Positions 10,287-18,973 of a stretch of 64,000 nt of DNA are shown here, in pieces. Below the pieces are notes generated by a model. The model saw nothing but the letters and a program-made list of their open reading frames with translations, did not search any database and was not told where the DNA came from. The stretch's first letter is position 1. Every line of letters starts with the position of its first letter. A program made the translations under genes and the position numbers. This DNA is from Acidimicrobiia bacterium. GTDB lineage: Bacteria; Acidobacteriota; Vicinamibacteria; Vicinamibacterales; UBA2999. Location of the stretch: contig VFZG01000001.1 of NCBI GenBank assembly GCA_016871275.1, forward strand, positions 42,334-106,333, given 5' to 3'.

Positions 10287-10408
10287 GGTGTTTACCGTTT
10301 CTTCGCCCGGAAGAGGAAGCGTAAACAAACAAAAGGCGAAAGTCAAATTCCCGCCGTTTCCCCGTAACCTCTAAGGAACCGACCGGTCTAATCAGGTGAG
10401 GCCGGGAT

Positions 10409-11017
10409 ATGCCGCATGAATCAGCCTTGGCGATCGCGCCGTGGACGCTCTGCGTGGTGACGCAAACACCGCTCGCCGAGCTGGATGACTCGGCGTTGGT
10501 CGCCGCGGCGCTCGACGGCAGGCGCGAGGCGTTCGACATCATCGTCGAGCGCCATCGGCGCAGCGTGTATCAGGTTTGTTACCGCTTCGTGAACAACCAT
10601 GAGGACGCCAGCGACCTGGCGCAGGACGCCTTCGTGCGCGCCTGGAAGGGACTGAGGAGTTTCAAGGGCCAGTCGGCGCTGTCGACGTGGCTCTATCGGA
10701 TTGCGGTCAATGTCAGCCTCAACAAAGTCAGCGCGAAGCGCGCGCCGACCGAGTCGATCGAAACGACCGACCAGTTCGAGGATGTCCGCATCGAGGGCGC
10801 ACCGCAGGCGATTCTTCGCAAAGAGCGGGCGGCGGCGGTCAGAAGGGCGATTGCCAGCCTGCCGGACAAACAGCGCGCCACGCTCATCCTGCGGACCTAT
10901 CACGACATGTCGCACCAGCAGATTGCCGAAGTCCTCGGCAGCAGCGTCGGCGCGGTGAAGGCCAACTTGTTTCACGCCCTCACGAACTTGAAGAAGATCC
11001 TGGGATCAGAACCATGA
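10409..11017 (+). CDS. ECF (group 4) RNA polymerase sigma factor, full length
   Basis: Region 2 (DLAQDAFVRAW...STWLYRIAVN) and region 4 (LPDKQRATLILRTYHDMSHQQIAEVLG) are both present. The start could also be GTG 10454/10457. Confidence 0.85.
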   Translation: MPHESALAIAPWTLCVVTQTPLAELDDSALVAAALDGRREAFDIIVERHRRSVYQVCYRFVNNHEDASDLAQDAFVRAWKGLRSFKGQSALSTWLYRIAVNVSLNKVSAKRAPTESIETTDQFEDVRIEGAPQAILRKERAAAVRRAIASLPDKQRATLILRTYHDMSHQQIAEVLGSSVGAVKANLFHALTNLKKILGSEP

Positions 11018-11568
11018 CGCACCTCACTTCGGCTGAACTTATCGATGCCATGGAGGGGATGCTAATACCCGAGCGCGCCGCCCATCTTGCGGCGTGCGGC
11101 GCGTGCCGGCGTCGACTCGACGACCTGTCGAGCGTACTCAACGAGGCGAAGCAGGTAAGCTGCCCCGAGCCGTCGCCGTTGTTCTGGACGCATTTCTCCC
11201 ATCGCGTGCGCGCGGCCATCGATACGGAACCTGCCGAATCCCGAAACGCCTGGCCGTCCTGGCTGCGGTGGCAGGTGCTGCTGCCGTTCGGCACGATGGC
11301 GATGATCCTCATGGCGCTGATGCTGGCTGTTCCCAGGCAGGTTGCCACTGACTCGAGCGAGAATGACGTGGCCGTCATGGACACGCCGGCGGCCGACTCT
11401 GCGGACGCACTCGAGATGCTGGTGGGTTGGCTCGACCTTGAGACGGCCGGCGCTGCCGCCGTGATTGAGCCCGGCTTTGTCGAGCAGGCGTTTCTGGAAT
11501 TGACCTCGGAAGAGCAGCAGGAACTGGCGAGGCTCCTGCGTGCGGAGTTGAGTCGAGAAAAGTCATGA
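11014..11568 (+). CDS. Membrane-spanning zinc-finger (zf-HC2) anti-sigma factor
   Basis: ATG 11014 overlaps the sigma stop (ATGA). H-x3-C-x2-C motif HLAACGAC. One central TM helix (LLPFGTMAMILMALMLAV). Confidence 0.7.
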   Translation: MTHLTSAELIDAMEGMLIPERAAHLAACGACRRRLDDLSSVLNEAKQVSCPEPSPLFWTHFSHRVRAAIDTEPAESRNAWPSWLRWQVLLPFGTMAMILMALMLAVPRQVATDSSENDVAVMDTPAADSADALEMLVGWLDLETAGAAAVIEPGFVEQAFLELTSEEQQELARLLRAELSREKS

Positions 11569-12137
11569 GAGCATTCGTGTTGACCGTCGCGCTGCTGGCA
11601 TCGCCGGCCGCATTCGCGCAGAACCTCCAGATGGTGAATCCGCCGCCGCCGCCCGACGTGCCCGGCCCACCGCCGAACCTGGCAGGCGGCGACATGACGC
11701 CTGCCGAAGTCCAGAAGCTGTTCGACGCCTACCTCGTCATGGAAGCGCAACAGGCAATCTCGCTCTCCGATCAGCAGTACCCGCATTTTCTCGCCCGTCT
11801 GCGGGCCCTGCAGGACACGCGGCGCCGCAACACCCAGGAACGCATTCAGTTGATGGGACAGTTGCAGCGCCTGTCGAATCCCCGGCAGCCAAAGCCGGTC
11901 CAGGAATCAGAGATCAAGGAGCGGCTAGTCGCGCTGCAGGAGCTCGAATCGCGGAACGCCGCCGAAATGCGCAAGGCCTACAACGCGCTCGACGAAGTCC
12001 TGGACGTTCGCCAGCAGGCACGCTTCCGCGTATTCGAGGAGCAGATCGAGCGGCGAAAGGTCGAGCTGTTGATGCGCGCGCGCCGCCCCAATGCGGCCAA
12101 CCCGCCTGCAATCCGCCGCCCGCAGCAGCAGCGATAG
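11565..12137 (+). CDS. Periplasmic Spy/CpxP-like (LTxxQ-type) protein
   Basis: ATGA overlap with the anti-sigma gene. Signal peptide MRAFVLTVALLASPAAFA. Helical Arg/Gln-rich body with LSDQQ and LDVRQQ motifs. Confidence 0.45.
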   Translation: MRAFVLTVALLASPAAFAQNLQMVNPPPPPDVPGPPPNLAGGDMTPAEVQKLFDAYLVMEAQQAISLSDQQYPHFLARLRALQDTRRRNTQERIQLMGQLQRLSNPRQPKPVQESEIKERLVALQELESRNAAEMRKAYNALDEVLDVRQQARFRVFEEQIERRKVELLMRARRPNAANPPAIRRPQQQR

Positions 12138-12148
12138 TAGAATGGCGC

Positions 12149-12724
12149 ATGCGGCTGTTGGCAGCCATCGCGCTCGCCGGTTCGCTGGCTTCCGACGTGT
12201 TGACGCCTCAGCTTGCGGACGCGTTCGAAAGAAAGATCGTCCTCGTGCAGGCGCAGGCCGGTGAGAAGGCGGCCAGGGACCGCGCGGTCACGTTCTCTCA
12301 AGCCGAAACCAATTCCTACCTGAAGTTCAACGCCGGCAGCCTGCTGCCCACCGGCCTTACCCAACCTGAAGTCACGCTGCTCGGCAAGGGCCGAGTGTCC
12401 GCCAAGGCGATCGTCGATCTGGACGTCGTTCGACAGAAGCAGAGCAGCGGAGCTTGGCTGGACCCCACGAGTTACCTGACCGGCAAGCTGGAGGTTTCGG
12501 CGACTGGCCACGTGGTCACGTGGGACGGCAAGGGCAAGGTGGAGCTCGAGACCGCTTACCTCAGCGGCCTGCCGATCCCGAGGTCGTTCCTGAACCAGAT
12601 GGTGAACTTCTTCACGCGCACCGCCGACAATCCCAAGGGATCGACGGTGGACGACACCTTCGAGCTGCCGGCCAGCATCCGCCGCATCGACGTCGAACAG
12701 AGCCGCTTCATCACGCATCAGTAG
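12149..12724 (+). CDS. Hypothetical exported protein
   Basis: 191-aa ORF with an N-terminal hydrophobic leader, directly downstream of the ECF module. No family recognised. Confidence 0.4.
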   Translation: MRLLAAIALAGSLASDVLTPQLADAFERKIVLVQAQAGEKAARDRAVTFSQAETNSYLKFNAGSLLPTGLTQPEVTLLGKGRVSAKAIVDLDVVRQKQSSGAWLDPTSYLTGKLEVSATGHVVTWDGKGKVELETAYLSGLPIPRSFLNQMVNFFTRTADNPKGSTVDDTFELPASIRRIDVEQSRFITHQ

Positions 12725-12748
12725 CTGGCGAGGCCGTAGCGGTCATAA

Positions 12749-14908
12749 TTGGCATGGAGTCGAATGCCGGTCAACGATGTCCTCCAGATGCCCCTGCAGT
12801 TCCTGAAGGGCGTCGGTCCCCGCAAGGCCGCCGATCTCAAGAAGGCCGGACTCCATACCGTCGAGGACCTGCTGTTCCGCTTCCCGCGGCGCTACGAGGA
12901 TCGCAGCCGCATGCAGACAATCCTCTCGCTGCGACCCGGCATGACGGCGGCGATTTCAGGCAAGGTGTTGAACGCGGGCCTCGCACACACGCGGCGACCG
13001 GGATTCAAGTTGTTCTCGGCGCTGGTCCAGGACGAGAGCGGGCAAATCCAGGCCGTGTGGCCGAACCAGGCGTTCCTGAAGGACGTCATCAAGTCGCAGC
13101 AGCGCATTGTGCTGTTCGGCAAGGTCGAGATCTGGGGTTCCCGCGGTTTGCAGATTACCGACCCGGAGTTCGAAATCGTCAGGGACGGGGATCAGGGATC
13201 AGGGAGCGGGGAGCGGGGGGAGGAACAGCTGCACACCGGCCGAATCGCGCCCGTCTACGAGCGCACCGGCAGCGTGACCACGAACATGCAGCGCCGGTTC
13301 GTCTGGCAGGCCCTCCAGCAGCTGGCCCCAGGCGGTGCCGAGGGTCCGCCGGACGCGAGCTTCGATCCCGTGCCCGAGGACATCCTCGCGCGCCAGCGCT
13401 GGCCCACTCGCAAGACGGCCCTGTGGCAGACACACTTTCCGTCGTCCGACGCCAGCGTCGACCAGCTGAATGCGTTTGCAACCGCCGCGCAACGCCGGCT
13501 GGTGTTCGAGGACTTCTTCGTCTTCCAGACGGGCCTCGCGCTTCGCCGACATGAGAATGCGCAAGTGACCAAGGGCCTGGTGTGCCGGGTCGACGATCGC
13601 ATTCGCCAGTGTGCGCGCGCCGTGCTGCCATTCAAACTGACCGGGGGGCAGCGCGACGCGCTGGCTGAGATCGTCGCCGACATGCAGAAGGCCTGCCCCA
13701 TGCAGCGCTTGCTGCAAGGCGATGTCGGCGCCGGTAAGACCATCGTCGCGCTGCTTGCGGCCGTCGTGGCCATGGAGAACGGTTGCCAGGTCGCCTTCAT
13801 GGCGCCAACGGAAATCCTGACGGAGCAGCACTACCGCACGATCGTCCAGGCGTTGATGGGGAAGCCGTATCGGGTGGCGCTTTTGAGCGGACGCGTCACG
13901 GCAGCCACGCGCCGCGATCTCCTGCCCGCGATCGAGCGGGGCGACATCAACCTGGTCGTCGGCACGCAAGCCCTGATCCAGCAACACGTGAAGTTCAAGT
14001 CGCTCGCCCTGGTGGTCATCGACGAACAGCACCGCTTCGGGGTGGTGCAACGCGGTACTCTGGCAGTAAAGGGCGCGAATCCCGACGTGCTGGTGATGAC
14101 GGCAACGCCGATCCCGCGCACCCTGGCATTGACCGAATGCGGCGACATGGACGTGTCGGTGATTCGAGGCCTGCCACCCGGGCGTCAGCCGGTTCGCACG
14201 CTGGTGCGCGCCGACTCACGCCGGGACGAAGCGTTCGCGATGATGCGGCAGGAAGTCGCCCGCGGACGGCAGGTCTACGTGATCTATCCGCTCGTCGAGG
14301 AGTCAGAGAAGGTGGACTTGAAAGCCGCTACCGCGATGTCGGAGCAAATCGCCCGGGTGTTTCCCGAATTCAGCGTCGCCCTGCTGCACGGCCGCATGAA
14401 GGGCGACGAGAAGGCAGCGGTGATGCAGCGCTTCGCATCCGGTCGGTTGAACATCCTGGTCTCGACGACAGTCGTCGAGGTCGGCGTCGACGTGCCGAAT
14501 GCGACGCTGATGGTGGTGGAGCATGCCGAGCGGTTCGGCCTGTCGCAGCTGCACCAGCTGCGCGGGCGCATCGGCCGCGGCCGGCACGCCTCGACCTGCG
14601 TGCTGCTGTACCAGGCGCCGTGGTCGGACGATGCGCGGGAGCGATTGCGGGCGATGTCGGATACCAGCGACGGTTTCGTGATTGCCGAGCGGGATCTCCA
14701 GTTGCGCGGGCCCGGCGACTTCTTCGGCACCCGGCAATCCGGCGTACCCACGCTCCGCGCCGGCGACCTGATGCGCGACGGCGATCTGCTGGAGCGCGCC
14801 TTCGAAGAAGCGCGCGCCCGCGTCGAGGCCGGCACGCTGTCGGCTCCGCAGCTGGCCTACGTCCGAGCTGTGTGGCAACGTCAGTTCGGCTTGATTACGG
14901 TGGGCTGA
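12749..14908 (+). CDS. recG: ATP-dependent DNA helicase RecG
   Basis: Wedge domain followed by the helicase core: GDVGAGKT (Walker A), DEQHRFG, VMTATPIPRT, and the TRG motif QLRGRIGRG. Confidence 0.95.
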   Translation: MAWSRMPVNDVLQMPLQFLKGVGPRKAADLKKAGLHTVEDLLFRFPRRYEDRSRMQTILSLRPGMTAAISGKVLNAGLAHTRRPGFKLFSALVQDESGQIQAVWPNQAFLKDVIKSQQRIVLFGKVEIWGSRGLQITDPEFEIVRDGDQGSGSGERGEEQLHTGRIAPVYERTGSVTTNMQRRFVWQALQQLAPGGAEGPPDASFDPVPEDILARQRWPTRKTALWQTHFPSSDASVDQLNAFATAAQRRLVFEDFFVFQTGLALRRHENAQVTKGLVCRVDDRIRQCARAVLPFKLTGGQRDALAEIVADMQKACPMQRLLQGDVGAGKTIVALLAAVVAMENGCQVAFMAPTEILTEQHYRTIVQALMGKPYRVALLSGRVTAATRRDLLPAIERGDINLVVGTQALIQQHVKFKSLALVVIDEQHRFGVVQRGTLAVKGANPDVLVMTATPIPRTLALTECGDMDVSVIRGLPPGRQPVRTLVRADSRRDEAFAMMRQEVARGRQVYVIYPLVEESEKVDLKAATAMSEQIARVFPEFSVALLHGRMKGDEKAAVMQRFASGRLNILVSTTVVEVGVDVPNATLMVVEHAERFGLSQLHQLRGRIGRGRHASTCVLLYQAPWSDDARERLRAMSDTSDGFVIAERDLQLRGPGDFFGTRQSGVPTLRAGDLMRDGDLLERAFEEARARVEAGTLSAPQLAYVRAVWQRQFGLITVG
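13182..13220 (+). repeat. G-tract / heptamer tandem array inside recG (G-quadruplex motif)
   Basis: GGGacGGGGatcaGGGatcaGGGagcGGGGagcGGGGGG: six G-tracts with 2-4 nt loops. GGGATCA x2 then GGGAGCG x2. Encodes the RDGDQGSGSGERGEE loop. Confidence 0.7.
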
Positions 14909-14925
14909 CAGCCTGCCAGCCTGAC

Positions 14926-15459
14926 ATGCGGATCATTGCCGGCACCCACAAGGGACGAACGTTGAAGGCCCCCCGATGGGATGGCCTTCGCCCGACCTCC
15001 GGCAGGCTGCGCGGCACACTGTTCAACATCCTGCAGGCCCGCATCGCGGGGGCGCGCGTGCTCGATGTGTTTTCGGGCACCGGCGCGATCGCGCTTGAAG
15101 CCCTGAGCCGCGGTGCGGCCGTCGCCACGTGTGTGGAGAGCGATCGGCGCGCCGCCGGGCTGATCGCCGAGAATGCGACGCTCTGCCGAGAGTCGAAGCG
15201 CTGTGTTATCATCCGCGACGTTGCGGAGCGGGCGTTGTTGACGCCGCTCCCCGGCGGTCCGTTCGACATCGTCGTGCTCGATCCGCCGTACGACTACGCG
15301 CATCTGGTGGCGGCCGTCGCCGACGCCGGCCGGCAGCGCGCGGAAGGCGGCATCGTGATTCTCGAGCATGCGAGGCGAGTGACACCGCCGCAGCCGGCCG
15401 GTCTTGCGCTGACCCGGGCGGTCACCTCTGGCGACAGCGCGCTGACCTTCTACTCATGA
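14926..15459 (+). CDS. rsmD: 16S rRNA (guanine966-N2)-methyltransferase
   Basis: MRIIAGTHKGRTL start, VLDVFSGTGAIALEALSRGA SAM motif, and DPPY motif (VVLDPPYD). Start at ATG 14926 inside a longer artefactual track ORF. Confidence 0.85.
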   Translation: MRIIAGTHKGRTLKAPRWDGLRPTSGRLRGTLFNILQARIAGARVLDVFSGTGAIALEALSRGAAVATCVESDRRAAGLIAENATLCRESKRCVIIRDVAERALLTPLPGGPFDIVVLDPPYDYAHLVAAVADAGRQRAEGGIVILEHARRVTPPQPAGLALTRAVTSGDSALTFYS

Positions 15460-15959
15460 CCACACCGAGCGGGCGCGTCGCCATTTATCCCGGATCCTTC
15501 GATCCGCTGACCAGCGGCCACGTTGACATCATCGAGCGCGGCGCCAGGATCTTCGACTCGATCATCGTGGCGATTCTCGCCAATGTGGAGAAGACGCCGC
15601 TGTTCAGTGAGCAGGAGCGCGTCGAAATCATCAAGGACGTGTTCCAGCATCAGCCCAACGTGAAGGTCGAGACGTTCAACGGCCTGCTGGTGGACTACGC
15701 GCAGCAGAAGCAGGCGCACGTGCTGGTCCGCGGCCTGCGCGCGGTCTCGGACTTCGAGTACGAGTTCCAGATGGCGCTGATGAACCGCCACCTGGCGCCG
15801 GGCCTTGAAACGGTATTCATGATGCCGGCGGAGCAGTACACTTACATCAGCTCGCGGCTGATCAAGGAAGTGTTCACGCTGGGCGGCGAGATTTCGGGAC
15901 TGGTGCCGCCGCTCGTCGAACAGAAGCTGCAAGCGAAGCAGAAGGCAAAGAAGCGATGA
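15456..15959 (+). CDS. coaD: Phosphopantetheine adenylyltransferase
   Basis: YPGSFDPLTSGHVDII (T/HxGH) motif and ISSRLIKE motif. ATGA overlap with rsmD. Confidence 0.95.
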   Translation: MTTPSGRVAIYPGSFDPLTSGHVDIIERGARIFDSIIVAILANVEKTPLFSEQERVEIIKDVFQHQPNVKVETFNGLLVDYAQQKQAHVLVRGLRAVSDFEYEFQMALMNRHLAPGLETVFMMPAEQYTYISSRLIKEVFTLGGEISGLVPPLVEQKLQAKQKAKKR

Positions 15960-17164
15960 CGTTCGCGGGGCGGATGAGCAAGGTCACGGTGTCGCCGACC
16001 CTGAAGGTCGCCGCCGATGCGGAACGGTTGCGCCGCGCGGGCGTGGACGTCGTCGACCTGGGCGCGGGTGAACCGGACTTCGCCACCCCGGCACACGTCA
16101 AGCAGGCCGCCCATCGCGCGCTCGACGGGAATTTCACCAAGTACACCCCCACCCCGGGCGTCATGGAGCTCCGCGAGGCCGTGGCCCAGCGGTATCAGGC
16201 CGACTACGGCGTGTCGTTCACGCCGGAAGAGGTCATCATCACGGCCGGCGCCAAGCAGGCGCTCTACAACTCGGCCATGGCGCTGTTCGATGCCGGTGAC
16301 GAGGTCATCACGCACGGCCCTTTCTGGCCGAGCATCGGCGATCAGGTCAAGCTCGCCGGCGCCGCCCCGGTCATCGTCCAGACCCACATGGAAGACGGCT
16401 TCACGATCAAGGCCGCGCCGATCGTCGAGGCCATCACGCCGCGCACCAAAGCCATCATCGTCAATTCGCCCTGTAACCCCACCGGCGCCGTGATCTCGGA
16501 GACCGAGATGGCGGCGATTGCCGATGCGGCGACGGCGCGCGGCATCTGGGTGATCGTCGACTTCACCTACGAGAAGCTGATCTACGAGCCGGTCGCGCAC
16601 AACCTGATCAAGGTGCTGTTCGATCGCATGCGTGACAAGACGGTCATCTGTAGCGCCGCATCCAAGGCCTACGCCATGACCGGCTGGCGGTGTGGCTGGG
16701 CGATCGGGCCGAAGGACGTCATCGCGCAGATGAATGTCGTCCAGGGCCATTCGACCTCGAACATCAATTCCATCACCCAGAAGGCGGCCATCGCCGCGCT
16801 GACCGGCCCGCAGGACGGCGTCACGGCCATGCTCAACGAATACCGCCATCGCCGCGACGCGGTGCACGGCTGGCTGACCGGCGATTCCCGCATCGTGTGC
16901 GTCAAGCCTAGCGGCGCCTTCTACCTGTTCCCATACATCGCCGACTTGCTGTCGCCGGCCGGCATTCTTAGCTCCGGCGAGTTCGCCGAAGCGCTCCTCA
17001 AGGAAGTCGCGGTCGCGGTGACTCCCGGCGAAGGCTTCGATGCGCCGGGCTATTTCCGTCTGTCGTATGCGACGTCGATGGAGCGGCTGAAGGAAGGGTG
17101 CGAGCGCATCAAGGCGTTCGTCCGGACACTCGAATCGACAGGCAAGCTGACCGCCGCGCGGTGA
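15956..17164 (+). CDS. Class I/II pyridoxal-phosphate aminotransferase (aspartate aminotransferase-like)
   Basis: SPCNPTGAV and the PLP-lysine motif SKAYAMTGWRCGW. ATGA overlap with coaD. Confidence 0.85.
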   Translation: MTFAGRMSKVTVSPTLKVAADAERLRRAGVDVVDLGAGEPDFATPAHVKQAAHRALDGNFTKYTPTPGVMELREAVAQRYQADYGVSFTPEEVIITAGAKQALYNSAMALFDAGDEVITHGPFWPSIGDQVKLAGAAPVIVQTHMEDGFTIKAAPIVEAITPRTKAIIVNSPCNPTGAVISETEMAAIADAATARGIWVIVDFTYEKLIYEPVAHNLIKVLFDRMRDKTVICSAASKAYAMTGWRCGWAIGPKDVIAQMNVVQGHSTSNINSITQKAAIAALTGPQDGVTAMLNEYRHRRDAVHGWLTGDSRIVCVKPSGAFYLFPYIADLLSPAGILSSGEFAEALLKEVAVAVTPGEGFDAPGYFRLSYATSMERLKEGCERIKAFVRTLESTGKLTAAR

Positions 17165-17175
17165 CCCACACCCGG

Positions 17176-18843
17176 TTACCGGTTGGCAACCAGCACGACC
17201 TTGATGAGATCTCGATCGCGATCGGGCCACAGCAGCGTGCGGATACGCACGCCGGCTTCGTTGAAGTAGCGCAGCTCGGCGATCCGGTTCAGCGTGATTC
17301 CCAGCTCTCGCTCGAGTCGATCCACCTCAGATGACGGCGCCACCAGCAGCGCGCGGTTCGGCTGCGACAGGAAGTTCTTCACCTGCTCGTCGCCAATCAC
17401 GTCCGTGGTCTTGATGCCCGAGTAGAACACCAGGTTCCGCACGAATACGCCGAGCGTCGCGACCGGCTCGTTGGCGGTCCGGTGCTGCACGACCAGGTTC
17501 GCCATCTGCTTGACGGTGTCGTCGCCGCCGCTCGACAACGCCCCGTATTGCACCACCGGCAGCGTGATGGCCGCGGCCAGCGCGATCACGACTGGGGCGC
17601 TGCGCCACGCGTTCGAGACCGACGCCACCATCACCAGCGCCCCGGCCGTGGCCATCAGGCACGACGCCATGGTGGTGTAGACCGGCTGGACGTTGATCAG
17701 CAGCGGCTGGGCGCGATACAACGAGACGCCCAGCGCCACGAAGAAGACACCGCTCAGCAGTGAGCCGATCACCACGGGCAGCGCGCGCCGCGGCGTCGAT
17801 CGCACGCCATCGAGGTCGCGCCACTCCTGCGTGCGCTCGACGATCGAGGACGCCAGCAGGATCGCCAGCGGCGGCAGGACGGGTAACACGTAGCGCGGCT
17901 GCTTGCCGATCGACAGGGAGTAGAACACCAGCGGCAACGCGGCCCACAGCAGCAGCCGCAGATCGATAATGCCCACCGAGCGGCGCCCGCGCAGCAGCTG
18001 GGTGATGGGTCCGAGCCAGGTGAGCGCCAGCGGCGTCCAGGGCAGCAAGCCGCCGGCAATCACCGGCAGGTAGAACCACCAGGGACGCGGATCGTTGAAG
18101 CGGTCCGTGGCGAACCGCTCGAAGTTATCGCCCACGAAGAAGCTCTGCAGGTAGTCGTTGCCGTGGCGCGCCCACATCGCGAAGTACCACGGCGTCGCGA
18201 TCGCCAGCATCACGACGAATCCGAGCACGATATCGAGGGGATTGAGGCCAATCGATCGGCGCTCGATCATCAGCACCGGAATGATGACGACGGCCGGAAT
18301 GATCAGCCCGACCGGTCCCTTCATGAGGAAGCCGAGCCCCAGGCCCAGTGCGGCCAGGATGACGAACTTGCGCGGCGACCGCTCCGGCTCGAGCGTCGAG
18401 ACCAACGCCGCCCAGATCGATAAGGTGATGCAGAAGGTGAGCGGCAGGTCGGGCAGCGCCATCCGGCCGATCGAGAAGTAGCCGAAGTTTGTGGCGACGA
18501 TCGCGCCGGCCAGCAGTCCGGTGGTCTCGCCGTACCATCGCCGCCCGCAGGCGGCCGTGATCAACACCAGGCCGACCCCGGCCAGCGCCGCCCATAACCG
18601 CGCGCCGAGCTCGCTCGGACCGCTGACCAGGTAGGTGGCCGACGTCAGCCAGTAATAGAGAATCGGCTTCTGAAAGCGCGGTTGGTAGTTGTAATAGGGT
18701 GTCACCCAGTCGCCGGACGCGACCATTTCCCGAGACGACTCCGCGTAGAAGGCCTCGTCTGAGTCGGTAATCGCCCCACGCCCCAGGCCGGCAAAGAAGG
18801 TCAGCGCTGCGAGCAGCAGCAGCGGGAGCGTGATGCGATGCAC
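17176..18843 (-). CDS. Glycosyltransferase family 39 (ArnT/PMT-like) membrane protein
   Basis: DEAFYAESSREMVASGDWVTPYYNYQPRFQKPILYYWL N-terminal motif and about 12 TM helices. Start set at GTG 18843 (VHRITLPLLLL). Confidence 0.8.
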   Translation of the reverse strand: MHRITLPLLLLAALTFFAGLGRGAITDSDEAFYAESSREMVASGDWVTPYYNYQPRFQKPILYYWLTSATYLVSGPSELGARLWAALAGVGLVLITAACGRRWYGETTGLLAGAIVATNFGYFSIGRMALPDLPLTFCITLSIWAALVSTLEPERSPRKFVILAALGLGLGFLMKGPVGLIIPAVVIIPVLMIERRSIGLNPLDIVLGFVVMLAIATPWYFAMWARHGNDYLQSFFVGDNFERFATDRFNDPRPWWFYLPVIAGGLLPWTPLALTWLGPITQLLRGRRSVGIIDLRLLLWAALPLVFYSLSIGKQPRYVLPVLPPLAILLASSIVERTQEWRDLDGVRSTPRRALPVVIGSLLSGVFFVALGVSLYRAQPLLINVQPVYTTMASCLMATAGALVMVASVSNAWRSAPVVIALAAAITLPVVQYGALSSGGDDTVKQMANLVVQHRTANEPVATLGVFVRNLVFYSGIKTTDVIGDEQVKNFLSQPNRALLVAPSSEVDRLERELGITLNRIAELRYFNEAGVRIRTLLWPDRDRDLIKVVLVANR

Positions 18844-18849
18844 GGTGTT

Positions 18850-18858
18850 TGCTATACT
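18850..18858 (+). promoter_or_regulatory. Candidate extended -10 promoter for rho
   Basis: TGcTATACT, about 115 nt upstream of rho ATG 18974. I saw no convincing -35. Confidence 0.35.
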
Positions 18859-18973
18859 ACCGGGAGTCTCGTTCCGGATTGCCTGCGTTTCTTGCGCGGC
18901 CGGTACACTGCAGTGCCACCGCACCCAGTCACACCAACAACCGAACATCCCCGTTTGAACCCGGATAGCCTGC

